Shown in pieces: positions 25,692 to 33,535 of a stretch of 64,000 nucleotides of DNA. Source of the stretch: a virus; IMG/VR virus record IMGVR_UViG_3300012922_000001, positions 1 through 64,000 of that record; one strand, given 5' to 3'. The notes below the pieces were generated by a model that ran no database searches, had not been told where the DNA came from, and saw only the letters and a list, made by a program, of their open reading frames with translations. Numbering within the stretch: position 1 is the stretch's first letter; the number at the start of each line of letters is the position of its first letter. The position numbers were made by a program, and so were the translations under genes.

Positions 25692-26349
25692 TCGCTTTTC
25701 CCTTTGCTCGAACAAAAGTAGAGTAGTCTCGGTCGAAGTCTTCCCGGGGGAACTCTTTGACACTGTAGGTTCCATCTGGTTTCAACAACACGGCAATCCT
25801 ACGCAGATACCGCGCCAACTGCACGCTCTGCATCCAGCCAACGCTATAGGCCGATAGCTGATATCGAACCCAGTCCTGTATCGGCCCATGGCCGGTCTTC
25901 AAGTCGATCAACGCATGACTGCCAGTCGGGTGCATCGTACTCGCTGGGAATGTTCCAACGCGATCCATAATGCCAGCAGCGTTATCCCAAGTGAAAATGT
26001 GCTCAATCGCGATAGGTTTGAATCCGGTCGCCTTTTTCCAGTCGTTCCAGCCCTTGCGAAACGGCCGCAATGCCTTCGGTACCATCCGGTAGTTCAATGC
26101 GCCTTGGTCCTCAAGCTGCGTCATCCAATGCACCGAACTGCCGCGCTTCATCCCGCGGTCCCTGAATTCTGCCGGCACGCAGGAGTAATCACAAAGTTCC
26201 GCTGCTGCTAGGATCTGAGTGACTGACCTTACCCGCGTGCCGTCTCCCGGCCGAGTGAACGTGTGTGTGGCCGGATCGAAGTTTATTGCGAGACTCATTT
26301 TTTCCTGAAGTCCGTTGCGTTCGGGCAAGTTCCCCAATGAGGCACGCAA
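25654..26349 (-). CDS. PD-(D/E)XK (Cas4/RecB-like) exonuclease
   Basis: 231 aa with GIMDRVG ... ALIDLKTGH ... YQLSAY, which matches the D...(D/E)xK...QxxxY arrangement. Confidence 0.6.
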   Translation of the reverse strand: MRASLGNLPERNGLQEKMSLAINFDPATHTFTRPGDGTRVRSVTQILAAAELCDYSCVPAEFRDRGMKRGSSVHWMTQLEDQGALNYRMVPKALRPFRKGWNDWKKATGFKPIAIEHIFTWDNAAGIMDRVGTFPASTMHPTGSHALIDLKTGHGPIQDWVRYQLSAYSVGWMQSVQLARYLRRIAVLLKPDGTYSVKEFPREDFDRDYSTFVRAKGKANAEIKYVSPALS

Positions 26350-26498
26350 TCTCCGCCTGGCTCAACGTCCATCGGCATCATCTTGCCCTTCGGCGTGCGG
26401 TACCACTCGATTGGCGCACCGCACGCCTTACAGTTGGAGTCGTTCTCGAAGACGTATCCAGCCTTCCGGAGTTCGTCGATTGTTTCAGGGAAGGGCAT
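26295..26498 (-). CDS. small zinc-binding protein
   Basis: 67 aa with CKAC ... C..HWGTC. Confidence 0.4.
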   Translation of the reverse strand: MPFPETIDELRKAGYVFENDSNCKACGAPIEWYRTPKGKMMPMDVEPGGDCVPHWGTCPNATDFRKK

Positions 26499-26893
26499 TA
26501 CGACTCCTCAGTTTCTTCCTCTTCGTCCTCGGAGTCTTCGGCTTCGTTGGCCGCATCCTGGGCGTCATCTTCGGCTTGCTCAAATCCGGAGTCGCCGACT
26601 TCGGCCTCTTCCTCGTCATCCTTCCGCGAGCTGATCACGACTTTGATCTTTTCCTTCTCGACGGTCAGGGTGATCGAAACTGGGCCATACTTGTAAACCG
26701 TGCGCTTGTGCTTGTGCATCAGTCGCATCAGGCTAGCTTTGGCATCGATCTCAGGTTTCTGAGCTTCGATGCGCTTGTCTCGGCAGGCTGCATACTCCAG
26801 AGCTGCCTCATGCAAGTCTTGCAACTTGCGATTGCGCATACCCGGCAATGCCGGTTGCTTGACGTCTTTCTTGCCTTTCTTCTTTCCTGCCAT
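26498..26893 (-). CDS. basic-N / hyperacidic-C protein
   Basis: 131 aa from the ATG at 26893 (SD GGAGG). It starts MAGKKKGKKDVKQPALPGM and ends in ~45 residues that are mostly D/E (DDEEEAEVGDSGFEQAEDDAQDAANEAEDSEDEEEETEES). Confidence 0.5.
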   Translation of the reverse strand: MAGKKKGKKDVKQPALPGMRNRKLQDLHEAALEYAACRDKRIEAQKPEIDAKASLMRLMHKHKRTVYKYGPVSITLTVEKEKIKVVISSRKDDEEEAEVGDSGFEQAEDDAQDAANEAEDSEDEEEETEES

Positions 26894-26906
26894 GTTACCT
26901 CCGAAA

Positions 26907-26918
26907 TCCAATGTTGGA
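26907..26918. promoter_or_regulatory. TCCAATGTTGGA dyad, copy 1
   Basis: Lies in the 27-nt gap between the wHTH gene stop and the 26893 start, 13 nt upstream of that start. Confidence 0.3.
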
Positions 26919-26920
26919 CG

Positions 26921-27355
26921 TTACAAATTCTTCAGCGACAACTGGCCGCCACTCTCGATGAGCAAGCCTTGGCGCAGCAAGACCGCAATGACATTCTTGG
27001 TGCAGTTGGAATAGTCCATCCGCATCGCAGCCGCTAACTGTGTGCGCTTGAGCGATCCTTGCGCCAAGAAAATGTCGATGGCCTCAGCCTGCCTCGGCGG
27101 GAGGCGCTTCTTGATGCCCTCCCACTTGCTAGGCCCGGCAGCGCTCTCCGTCGTCGCAAGATCAAACTTGCCCGATGCGACATGCCGAAGGGACTGCGCC
27201 AAGAGATTGAGCAGGCCGACCACCGCCTCTCGCTGGGCTCGGTCCTGCATGGCCTCAAGGTCTACGATGCGAACTTCAATCGCGGAGACGCGGCGTTCGA
27301 TTTCAGTCTCTGGTTCGACGTAGTCCTGCCGTCCTGCAAGCAGTGGCTGAGTCAT
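26921..27355 (-). CDS. winged-helix DNA-binding protein
   Basis: 144 aa from the ATG at 27355 (ATGA overlap). The C-terminal LKRTQLAAAMRMDYSNCTKNVIAVLLRQGLLIE resembles a MarR/wHTH recognition unit. Confidence 0.45.
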   Translation of the reverse strand: MTQPLLAGRQDYVEPETEIERRVSAIEVRIVDLEAMQDRAQREAVVGLLNLLAQSLRHVASGKFDLATTESAAGPSKWEGIKKRLPPRQAEAIDIFLAQGSLKRTQLAAAMRMDYSNCTKNVIAVLLRQGLLIESGGQLSLKNL

Positions 27356-27978
27356 TTCGCCTCCGACGCCTGCGCGGTCAACTGTGCTTTGAACGCTGTG
27401 GTCATAACACGCTCCAGAATCGCCGGTATACCCACGCGCTCCAGACCACGGAAATGAGCCAGAGCTGAACGCACAGCAGCCAAGTTCTGTCGAGCATCCG
27501 AGAAACGATCGCAAGGAATGCAGTTATCATGCTGTTGTGCGTTATCCCCTAAAACCCAGGCGCGGGCTTTCTTGCGGTACTCGCCAAGCTTGTGGAACAT
27601 CTGGATGTCGCCGCCTGAGCCGTTTGCTACTCGGTCAGGATGGTGAATCCCAACAAGGACCCGGTATGCTGAGTCGATTTCTTCCAGCGAGGGAGCTGGG
27701 TTGTCGAGTTTGAGTCCCGTCTGCCAAGAGAAGTCTGATGCGGGCTTCATTGAGAACCAGACAGCCACGCCAGGGTCAAGGCGTTCCTTGCCGGCATCAT
27801 TGCGCGAGATCGTGACAGCATTGGCTCCCATGCGCTTCAACTCGGCAATGACAGCTTCCCGATAATGGGAGAACGGCTTCTTCCACGAGGCCATTGTGCG
27901 CCGCTGGTCGATTAGAGTGCGGCTCCATCCTTCTGGCCATTTCAGGGGAATCTGATCTTCGACTTCCAACTGCTTCAT
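27352..27978 (-). CDS. J-domain (DnaJ-like) protein
   Basis: 208 aa. AYRVLVGIHHPDRVANGSGGDIQMFHKLGEYRKKA contains the HPD tripeptide in J-domain helix II/III context. Confidence 0.65.
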   Translation of the reverse strand: MKQLEVEDQIPLKWPEGWSRTLIDQRRTMASWKKPFSHYREAVIAELKRMGANAVTISRNDAGKERLDPGVAVWFSMKPASDFSWQTGLKLDNPAPSLEEIDSAYRVLVGIHHPDRVANGSGGDIQMFHKLGEYRKKARAWVLGDNAQQHDNCIPCDRFSDARQNLAAVRSALAHFRGLERVGIPAILERVMTTAFKAQLTAQASEAK

Positions 27979-28118
27979 TTCTTCACCTTCAACCCATCCC
28001 TCAAGGCGCGGCGGAGAACCTGAGCAACGGTACGCTCCTCCAGTTGCGCCTTCTTCCTCACAGCCTCCATTAGGCTGATCGGGATTCTCGTGGTCACCGT
28101 TTCAGTTTGTTCTTTCAT
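27975..28118 (-). CDS. ribbon-helix-helix (CopG/Arc-like) regulator (below the track size cutoff)
   Basis: My translation is MKEQTETVTTRIPISLMEAVRKKAQLEERTVAQVLRRALRDGLKVKK. It is the first gene of the leftward operon and its stop overlaps the next ATG (ATGA). Confidence 0.6.
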   Translation of the reverse strand: MKEQTETVTTRIPISLMEAVRKKAQLEERTVAQVLRRALRDGLKVKK

Positions 28119-28172
28119 GAGTGCAAACATTACCGCCGTTATTAAAAGTTGTCAAGCGTTATTCGATTTTTC

Positions 28173-28201
28173 TTGCATTTATTTTCAAACAGCGGTATAC
28201 C
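28173..28201 (+). promoter_or_regulatory. sigma70-like promoter candidate
   Basis: TTGCAT-N17-TATACC, inside the 394-bp divergent intergenic region. Confidence 0.35.
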
Positions 28202-28226
28202 TGCTTTCAGCGAAGCAAGCCTGGAG

Positions 28227-28270
28227 GACTGCCGCTGCCGGAATCTGAAGGGGAAGAGGCGGCGGCAGTC
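28227..28270 (+). other. 13-bp stem-loop
   Basis: GACTGCCGCTGCC / GGCGGCGGCAGTC, with one G-U pair if transcribed and an 18-nt purine-rich loop. Confidence 0.6.
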
Positions 28271-28369
28271 TATTGTTGTGGCTCTCTAGCGGAGGTAATC
28301 TTATGCGCGGGCTGTAACAACCCTAAATCGCGTACACACGAAAACATCGGGAGTACCAAAGTAACTGTT

Positions 28370-28402
28370 AACCCAGCGTCCAGAGGCGCTGGGTTTTCAC
28401 TT
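28370..28402 (+). terminator. intrinsic-terminator-like hairpin
   Basis: AACCCAGCG-tccagagg-CGCTGGGTT followed by TTCACTT (a short, imperfect U tract). Confidence 0.45.
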
Positions 28403-28430
28403 GACAGCACGTTTCAGGTTGCGCTACAAA
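28401..28430 (+). promoter_or_regulatory. second promoter candidate ahead of the replication genes
   Basis: TTGACA-N18-TACAAA, immediately after the hairpin. Confidence 0.3.
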
Positions 28431-28512
28431 AGAAATTGCTCTCGCCCAAGAGAGTTTCGCCCCAAGGCAGCCGATTAGGCCCGGCTGCTGCGGGGCACTA
28501 AAGGCCTAACAA

Positions 28513-29331
28513 TTGCAGAAGCCACCGATTATTGGCGAACGTTTTGTAAAGATGCCCCAAGAAATATGGGACGAAAACATCACCCTTAGCCTCTGTGAAT
28601 TCCGCCTACTCGGCTATCTCCTACGCCATCAACTCCGCACGAAAAACGAGAAAGTTTTGGTCTCTCAGGACGAGCTTCTGCATGGTCGACGCCGCAAGGA
28701 TGGATCGCGAATTGACCAAGGATGTGGCATTGGAAACGCCAGGAATCTAATCAAGGCACGCATTAGCCTCGAGGAACGGGGTTGGCTGCACATCCACAAG
28801 GGCGAACTCCATAATTCGCCACTTATCTATGAGGCTCTTTCCAGGGATATCGACGAGGAAGACGGTAGTGTCGAAACGATACCACCTGGTAGTGTCGAAA
28901 CGATACCGAAGCAGTTGCTTTTCGACACTACTTCCAGTGTCGAAACGACACCAGTAATATCTAAGGAAGTAGAAGAACTTAAGAAGAAGGTAGTAGAAGG
29001 TACTTCTCTCCCAAGTTGGGTTCCTTCTAGAGAATTCAACAACTGGGTAGAGAACAGAAAAGCTCTACGAAAACCACTCACCCCACATGCGCGTGATTTG
29101 GCGATCAAGGACCTCGAAAAACTTCGGACGGAGGGCGAGAATTTAGTGGAGGTGATCAACCTAGCTATCCTCAAAGGTTGGACTAGCTTCTACTCGGCGA
29201 AAGGCCGATATGGTACAACGCGAGCTTTAACCGCTGCGGACATCGCCCCCTACGATCCCCATAAGAACGATCCCAGCCGCAAGGTTCTACCGCGCGCTGG
29301 CGATACTTTCAGCGCGCGAGGAGTCCGGTAG
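28513..29331 (+). CDS. replication initiator / replisome organiser (lambda O-like arrangement)
   Basis: 272 aa with a TTG start (uncertain). The N-terminal wHTH-like LSLCEFRLLGYLLRHQL ... VSQDELL ... NLIKARISLEERGWL resembles phage replication-protein N-domains. Iterons lie inside the gene, and it sits directly upstream of dnaB. Confidence 0.55.
   Translation: MQKPPIIGERFVKMPQEIWDENITLSLCEFRLLGYLLRHQLRTKNEKVLVSQDELLHGRRRKDGSRIDQGCGIGNARNLIKARISLEERGWLHIHKGELHNSPLIYEALSRDIDEEDGSVETIPPGSVETIPKQLLFDTTSSVETTPVISKEVEELKKKVVEGTSLPSWVPSREFNNWVENRKALRKPLTPHARDLAIKDLEKLRTEGENLVEVINLAILKGWTSFYSAKGRYGTTRALTAADIAPYDPHKNDPSRKVLPRAGDTFSARGVR
28864..28952. repeat. iteron cluster (candidate origin of replication)
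   Basis: GGTAGTGTCGAAACGATACC occurs at 28864-28883 and again at 28888-28907. AGTGTCGAAACGACACC is at 28936-28952. An inverted core, TTTTCGACACTAC, is at 28919-28931. Confidence 0.7.
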
Positions 29332-30594
29332 GTGACCGACGTCCTCCATGAACGTGCCCTGCTCGGCGGTATCCTCCTCAACCCAGACGCAATCTACCAG
29401 TGCTCAGTCCTGAAGCCGGAAGACTTTGAGACCTTCGACCACCGGCGCGTGTTTTCGGCGATGCGCGAAATTGCCATGGTTGCGGATGTCATCGACCTGG
29501 TGACGCTCGGCGCCAAACTTCACAAGGCGGACGACCCCTCGCTGATAAGTGCCCTGCTGGACGGCATCCCTGACCGCCAGAACGTCGATACGTACGTCCG
29601 GATGGTTGTGGACTCCTCGCGGCGCCGGGCGCTCAGGCGGGCAGGCAACGCGATTGTGGCCCAATGTGACGATCCTGCCGAATCGACGGCGGATTGCATG
29701 GAAGTTGCTGCCAGCAAGATTCTCAACATTGCCGCCGACCGCGAATCGGGGGATACCGTAGTCGTCGGCGATACGCTGGCAGCCGTGCACACGTCCCTCA
29801 CCGAACGTGCCGCACGGCCTGCCGGTGAAACTATGGGGTTGTCAACTGGGATACCCACCTTGGATGCCTACATCGGCGGGATCGGTGACGAGTATGTGAT
29901 TGTGGGCGGCTATCCAAACGAAGGCAAGACGGTGCTTGTGGCACAGATTGTAGTCGAGGCAGCCAGGCGCTATCTGCCTGTGTTGTGGTTCTCGGCTGAG
30001 ATGAACCGGCGCAAGGTAGTGCTCAGGATGATTCCCCAGCTCGCCGACGGCTTGGTCACTGGAGAAATGCTGCGTGATCCGCGGAAGATGGGCACCGTAG
30101 AACTCCAGGAACTTGACCGAACGCGCGGCATCATGCAAGACTGGCCGATTTTCATCAACGACAAAGTTGGGATGGATGGCGACACGCTCTACTCGCACGC
30201 CATGGCCATGAAAGAGCGGCATGGGATCGTGCTCATCGTGGCCGACTACCTTCAACGCTTCCGCGGCAAAGGCGACAATACGACAGAGCGCATTGCAAAC
30301 CTCACGAGCATGTTTGGCAGGCTGCAGAAGACACTCCGGATACCGGTAGTAGTCGTCTCCAACCTTGCGCGGAATATCGAGAAGGCCAAGCGGCGCCCGC
30401 GCATCTACGATCTGAAGGGCTCAGGTGATATCGAGTACGATGCCGACGTGATTCTAATGCCGTTCCGCCCGGAGGACGAGCAAGGCGCATTCACGTACAA
30501 AGACGAAATCATCATCGGCAAGCACCGCGACGCGCAAATAGGCTCCGTGCCTGTTGAATTTCATAACCCTACGTTAACGTTCAAGGAGCGGTAG
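29332..30594 (+). CDS. dnaB: DnaB-family replicative helicase
   Basis: 420 aa. The N-terminal domain (ERALLGGILLNPDAIYQ ... FETFDHRRVFSAMREI) is followed by a RecA-like core (Walker A GGYPNEGKTVLV, Walker B-like LIVADYLQ, later SNLARN ... DLKGSGDIEYDADV). Confidence 0.85.
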   Translation: MTDVLHERALLGGILLNPDAIYQCSVLKPEDFETFDHRRVFSAMREIAMVADVIDLVTLGAKLHKADDPSLISALLDGIPDRQNVDTYVRMVVDSSRRRALRRAGNAIVAQCDDPAESTADCMEVAASKILNIAADRESGDTVVVGDTLAAVHTSLTERAARPAGETMGLSTGIPTLDAYIGGIGDEYVIVGGYPNEGKTVLVAQIVVEAARRYLPVLWFSAEMNRRKVVLRMIPQLADGLVTGEMLRDPRKMGTVELQELDRTRGIMQDWPIFINDKVGMDGDTLYSHAMAMKERHGIVLIVADYLQRFRGKGDNTTERIANLTSMFGRLQKTLRIPVVVVSNLARNIEKAKRRPRIYDLKGSGDIEYDADVILMPFRPEDEQGAFTYKDEIIIGKHRDAQIGSVPVEFHNPTLTFKER

Positions 30595-30831
30595 ATGAAT
30601 GGCCATTTTGAACTGACGAATCCGACCGATACCCTGATAATGGAAATTTCCCTGCCTGAAATCAAGCAGCCAAGTCTAGCTCTGACCTATGCGATGGCCC
30701 TGTGCTGCTCCGCTAAGACCGACTGGCGCGCAGTCAATCAAGCGATCATCGCGCGCTGGAGTTTTTCCGGTCTCGAACGCGTCAAGAAGCTTGCGTGGAA
30801 GCGTGTTGAGTCCAGAAAGCTCCACGCATGA
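30595..30831 (+). CDS. hypothetical protein
   Basis: Track ORF of 78 aa, adjacent to dnaB and overlap-coupled downstream. Confidence 0.4.
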   Translation: MNGHFELTNPTDTLIMEISLPEIKQPSLALTYAMALCCSAKTDWRAVNQAIIARWSFSGLERVKKLAWKRVESRKLHA

Positions 30832-31493
30832 GCACTCAGGCAATCAATGGCCTCGCCGGTGAAGTGGTGATGCCGCTCGAAGATGTGGCGCTGTATCATG
30901 ACAGCCGAGTCCGTGAGATCGATCGCCAGGTCCGCGAGTCATGGTCAGAGCTCGCCGCTATCTGCACTCAGGTGAAGGATCGCCAGGAGTGGAAACTGCT
31001 CCCCTCACGTCCAAGTTTGGATGTAAATGGGAATCCTCAAGCCGTGCCCTACCACTCATTCGACGATTGGCTCGCGGATGCCGCGCCGGTCTGCCGGTCG
31101 ACAATCTACACGGGCATGGGCGTGTTGAGCGTACTCGCCGCGGATGTGGCGCCAGCAGACTTGGCAGGCATGGAAATTGGCAATGCGAAGATGCTGGTCG
31201 GGGTCTCGTCGAGCGTTCGCCAGGACCCAGAAGTTATTGAGGCGGCCAAGGGTGGTCGGCATACCCGCAAGTTGCGCGATATAGTCCGCGCGAAGTATCC
31301 GGACCAACTCATCGAAGAGACACATGTGTTGAAAGTAGCCTTTGAGATGTCGGCTTGGGAGAACACAGTGGCGCCGGAGATTGAGGCGTATCGCGCGGAG
31401 AACGAAGACCCCGGAATGTCCTTGGCTGCAGTGATTGAGGGGATGTGCATTGAGCGGCGCCTGACGCGGAGTCTGGAAAAGGGGCTCGCTTGA
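30828..31493 (+). CDS. hypothetical replication-module protein
   Basis: Track ORF of 221 aa. It may be DNA-binding (ELAAICTQVKDRQEWKLL ... FDDWLADAAPVCRSTIYTGMGV). No firm family. Confidence 0.45.
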   Translation: MSTQAINGLAGEVVMPLEDVALYHDSRVREIDRQVRESWSELAAICTQVKDRQEWKLLPSRPSLDVNGNPQAVPYHSFDDWLADAAPVCRSTIYTGMGVLSVLAADVAPADLAGMEIGNAKMLVGVSSSVRQDPEVIEAAKGGRHTRKLRDIVRAKYPDQLIEETHVLKVAFEMSAWENTVAPEIEAYRAENEDPGMSLAAVIEGMCIERRLTRSLEKGLA

Positions 31494-31813
31494 TTCCGGT
31501 GACAGTCGACAACACCTACCGACTTTTCGATGATGGCCGCCAAAAATGCCTGCAGACGCCAAAGGGGAAAGCTGAGTACGCTCATCGACGTGAGGCAATG
31601 GCTATGCGACAGATGTGGATTTGCGCCTGCGGCTGCGGTCGGCCCATGATGCGCACAATGGGCTTTGCCAGCTCGATAACGTTCCAGCACGACAAGCTAC
31701 GCGGCAAGGATATCGACGAGCGCATTGTCGATGCCGATGGTGGGTGGTTGAATTGCGCTATGCGATGGGACTGTAACGGAGCGATGGGTAGTCGGCGGAG
31801 GTTAACAGCATGA
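31490..31813 (+). CDS. small HNH-fold-like nuclease candidate
   Basis: 107 aa. CACGCG ... ITFQHDKLRGKD ... NCAMRWDCNGAMGSRR loosely follows the H-N-(H/N) plus CxxC pattern. Confidence 0.3.
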   Translation: MIPVTVDNTYRLFDDGRQKCLQTPKGKAEYAHRREAMAMRQMWICACGCGRPMMRTMGFASSITFQHDKLRGKDIDERIVDADGGWLNCAMRWDCNGAMGSRRRLTA

Positions 31814-32262
31814 AATTCACGGTAGTTGGTACACCAATCCCCCAAGGATCGCTCAAGGCCTTCATGCCGAAAGGCTGGACTCGGCCTGTGCTCACGGCCG
31901 ACAACAAGAAAACTAAACCGTGGCGGCAGCTAGTGGCTGTCGCGTGCCAGCGCGAGCTTCGCGGGGATTTGCCGGCGGGCAATGGTGTGCCGATGCGCGT
32001 TGAGTTGGAGTTTTACTTCGATCGGCCGCAATCGGTGAAGAAGTGGGCCGACAAGACTACAAAGCCTGATATCGATAAACTTGCGAGATCGATTTTGGAT
32101 GCCTTGACCGGTGTGGCCTTTGAGGACGATTCACAAGTTACTGAGCTGCGCTGCGTGAAAGCCTTTGGGAGCCCGGCACGGGTAGAGATAGTGGTCGAGG
32201 AGGCTTTACCGCCGGCAGTGAGGCTTGCACCAGTGCAAGAGGCGTTACCGCTCCCCTTCTGA
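31810..32262 (+). CDS. rusA: RusA-family Holliday junction resolvase
   Basis: 150 aa. VVGTPIPQGSLKAF ... KPDIDKLARSILDALTGVAFEDDSQV matches the RusA signature (PDxDN/K ... D-x-L ... DD-x-Q-V). Confidence 0.8.
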   Translation: MKFTVVGTPIPQGSLKAFMPKGWTRPVLTADNKKTKPWRQLVAVACQRELRGDLPAGNGVPMRVELEFYFDRPQSVKKWADKTTKPDIDKLARSILDALTGVAFEDDSQVTELRCVKAFGSPARVEIVVEEALPPAVRLAPVQEALPLPF

Positions 32263-32520
32263 ACCATGGTACCATACGCGCCAGCAGGCGCCACGCTGCG
32301 CGCCAGGCTCGGACGGCGGGTTCTAAGTCAGACGAAAAGGACCATAGTGATCGCAAGAATCGCAAGATGTGAGAGAGTGAGTCGCTTGGTAGATTTGACG
32401 CCAACTTCTTACTGGGATTCTTTGTAAACTCTCCATAAGCCAGCATTGTGCGGATAGCCTCGTTTTTCCCTAATATTCTCAACTCCCCTCGAACCCAGAT
32501 TGTGTCCCAAATTACACGCA

Positions 32521-32877
32521 TCATGCCCTCCGTCTCGCCAGTTTGCGCGCAAACTCTTCGAATGACAGCATGGAGCCCCTGAGGATGTCCCCGCGCTCGA
32601 TGATCGCCTTTGCCAGGGCGTGCACATCGTCTCGCGGTTCGTTCTCTCTTGGGAGATATGTTCGGGATGGCTTCTTCTTCGGCAGGTTGGTGCGCTCCCT
32701 GAGCTGGCGCTCGGCAAGATCCATATGCTTTTTGGTGTCTGATCCTGCTTTGCAAAGTGTACAGTAGCCTGAAGTGTAGGGCTTTCCGCTGGGCGCCAAG
32801 TGTTTCAGTATCTTTCGAGCGCCGTAGATGGTCAGATCATGGCCAAAGTTGCAGTGCGTTTTCCTATTTCTTCCCAT
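32521..32877 (-). CDS. hypothetical protein with His-Me-finger-type zinc loop
   Basis: 118 aa. KTHCNFGHDLTIYGARK ... SGYCTLC resembles the Zn-binding loop that accompanies phage HNH proteins. It is overlap-coupled to the recombinase gene. Confidence 0.4.
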   Translation of the reverse strand: MGRNRKTHCNFGHDLTIYGARKILKHLAPSGKPYTSGYCTLCKAGSDTKKHMDLAERQLRERTNLPKKKPSRTYLPRENEPRDDVHALAKAIIERGDILRGSMLSFEEFARKLARRRA

Positions 32878-33535
32878 TAAACTCCCTTTGGCGCTTGAGT
32901 ATCTTACTCACGGTCGCACTGTGCCAGCGTTTGCCGTGCCTTGTCTTAAAGCCCACGTGATTTAAGTTGACGGCAATATGTGAGGGGCTCGCTCCGGCCT
33001 TTGCGTGCGTCAGCATATATCGCAGTGCTTCGTCTTCACCTAGCTTACTTCCAAACGGGAGAACACCTTCGGCACGCTCGCCCGTCGCCCGCTTTCGGGC
33101 TCGTGCCGCCAATAGCTTGCTGACAATCATGGAGCGCTCGTACTGCGCAAAAATGCCGAGAATCTGCCGAATGAGCGTGCGCGTTGGGTCGGTTCCGCAT
33201 AGGTCATCCTCGCCGGCAGTGGCCGACTTGAGTTCGATGCCGTTGTTCTTGAAGTCAGCGAGGATGGTTTCTTGGATCAAGATGTCACGCGCGAGTCGGT
33301 CCAAGCGTTCCACGATGACGGTACGCACGCCATTGGATACTAGCTTGGCGCGCATCTCGCGAAACTCTGGGCGCCCGTCAAGGTCGGTACCGGTGTGAGA
33401 CTCCACATACCAGTCTTCAATCTGCATGAAATTTCGCCGTGCGAACTCTTCGATGGCAAGGCGCTGGCGTTCGGGCCCGTCGCCGGCCATTTGGCCAATC
33501 CCGGAGCATCTGACATATCCGAAGGCTGGCGTCAT
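32864..33535 (-). CDS. small serine recombinase (resolvase/invertase family)
   Basis: 223 aa from the ATG at 33535 (ATGA overlap). It has FGYVRCSGIGQ (catalytic Ser context), VIVERLDRLARD, and a C-terminal HTH-like segment (GKRWHSATVSKILKR). Confidence 0.8.
   Translation of the reverse strand: MTPAFGYVRCSGIGQMAGDGPERQRLAIEEFARRNFMQIEDWYVESHTGTDLDGRPEFREMRAKLVSNGVRTVIVERLDRLARDILIQETILADFKNNGIELKSATAGEDDLCGTDPTRTLIRQILGIFAQYERSMIVSKLLAARARKRATGERAEGVLPFGSKLGEDEALRYMLTHAKAGASPSHIAVNLNHVGFKTRHGKRWHSATVSKILKRQREFNGKK

Noticed and set aside
26315-27037. 240-aa plus-strand ORF, and the nested 26265..26696 and 26383..26634 ORFs
   Set aside because: They are antisense to three overlap-coupled minus-strand genes with clear motifs. 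Their composition is R/L/S-rich.
32138-32755. 205-aa minus-strand ORF; its internal ATG at 32526 is ATGA-coupled to the 118-aa gene
   Set aside because: The distal part overlaps the 3' end of rusA by more than 100 nt on the opposite strand and turns R/A/W-rich. At most, the first ~60 codons could be real. It is not listed as a feature.
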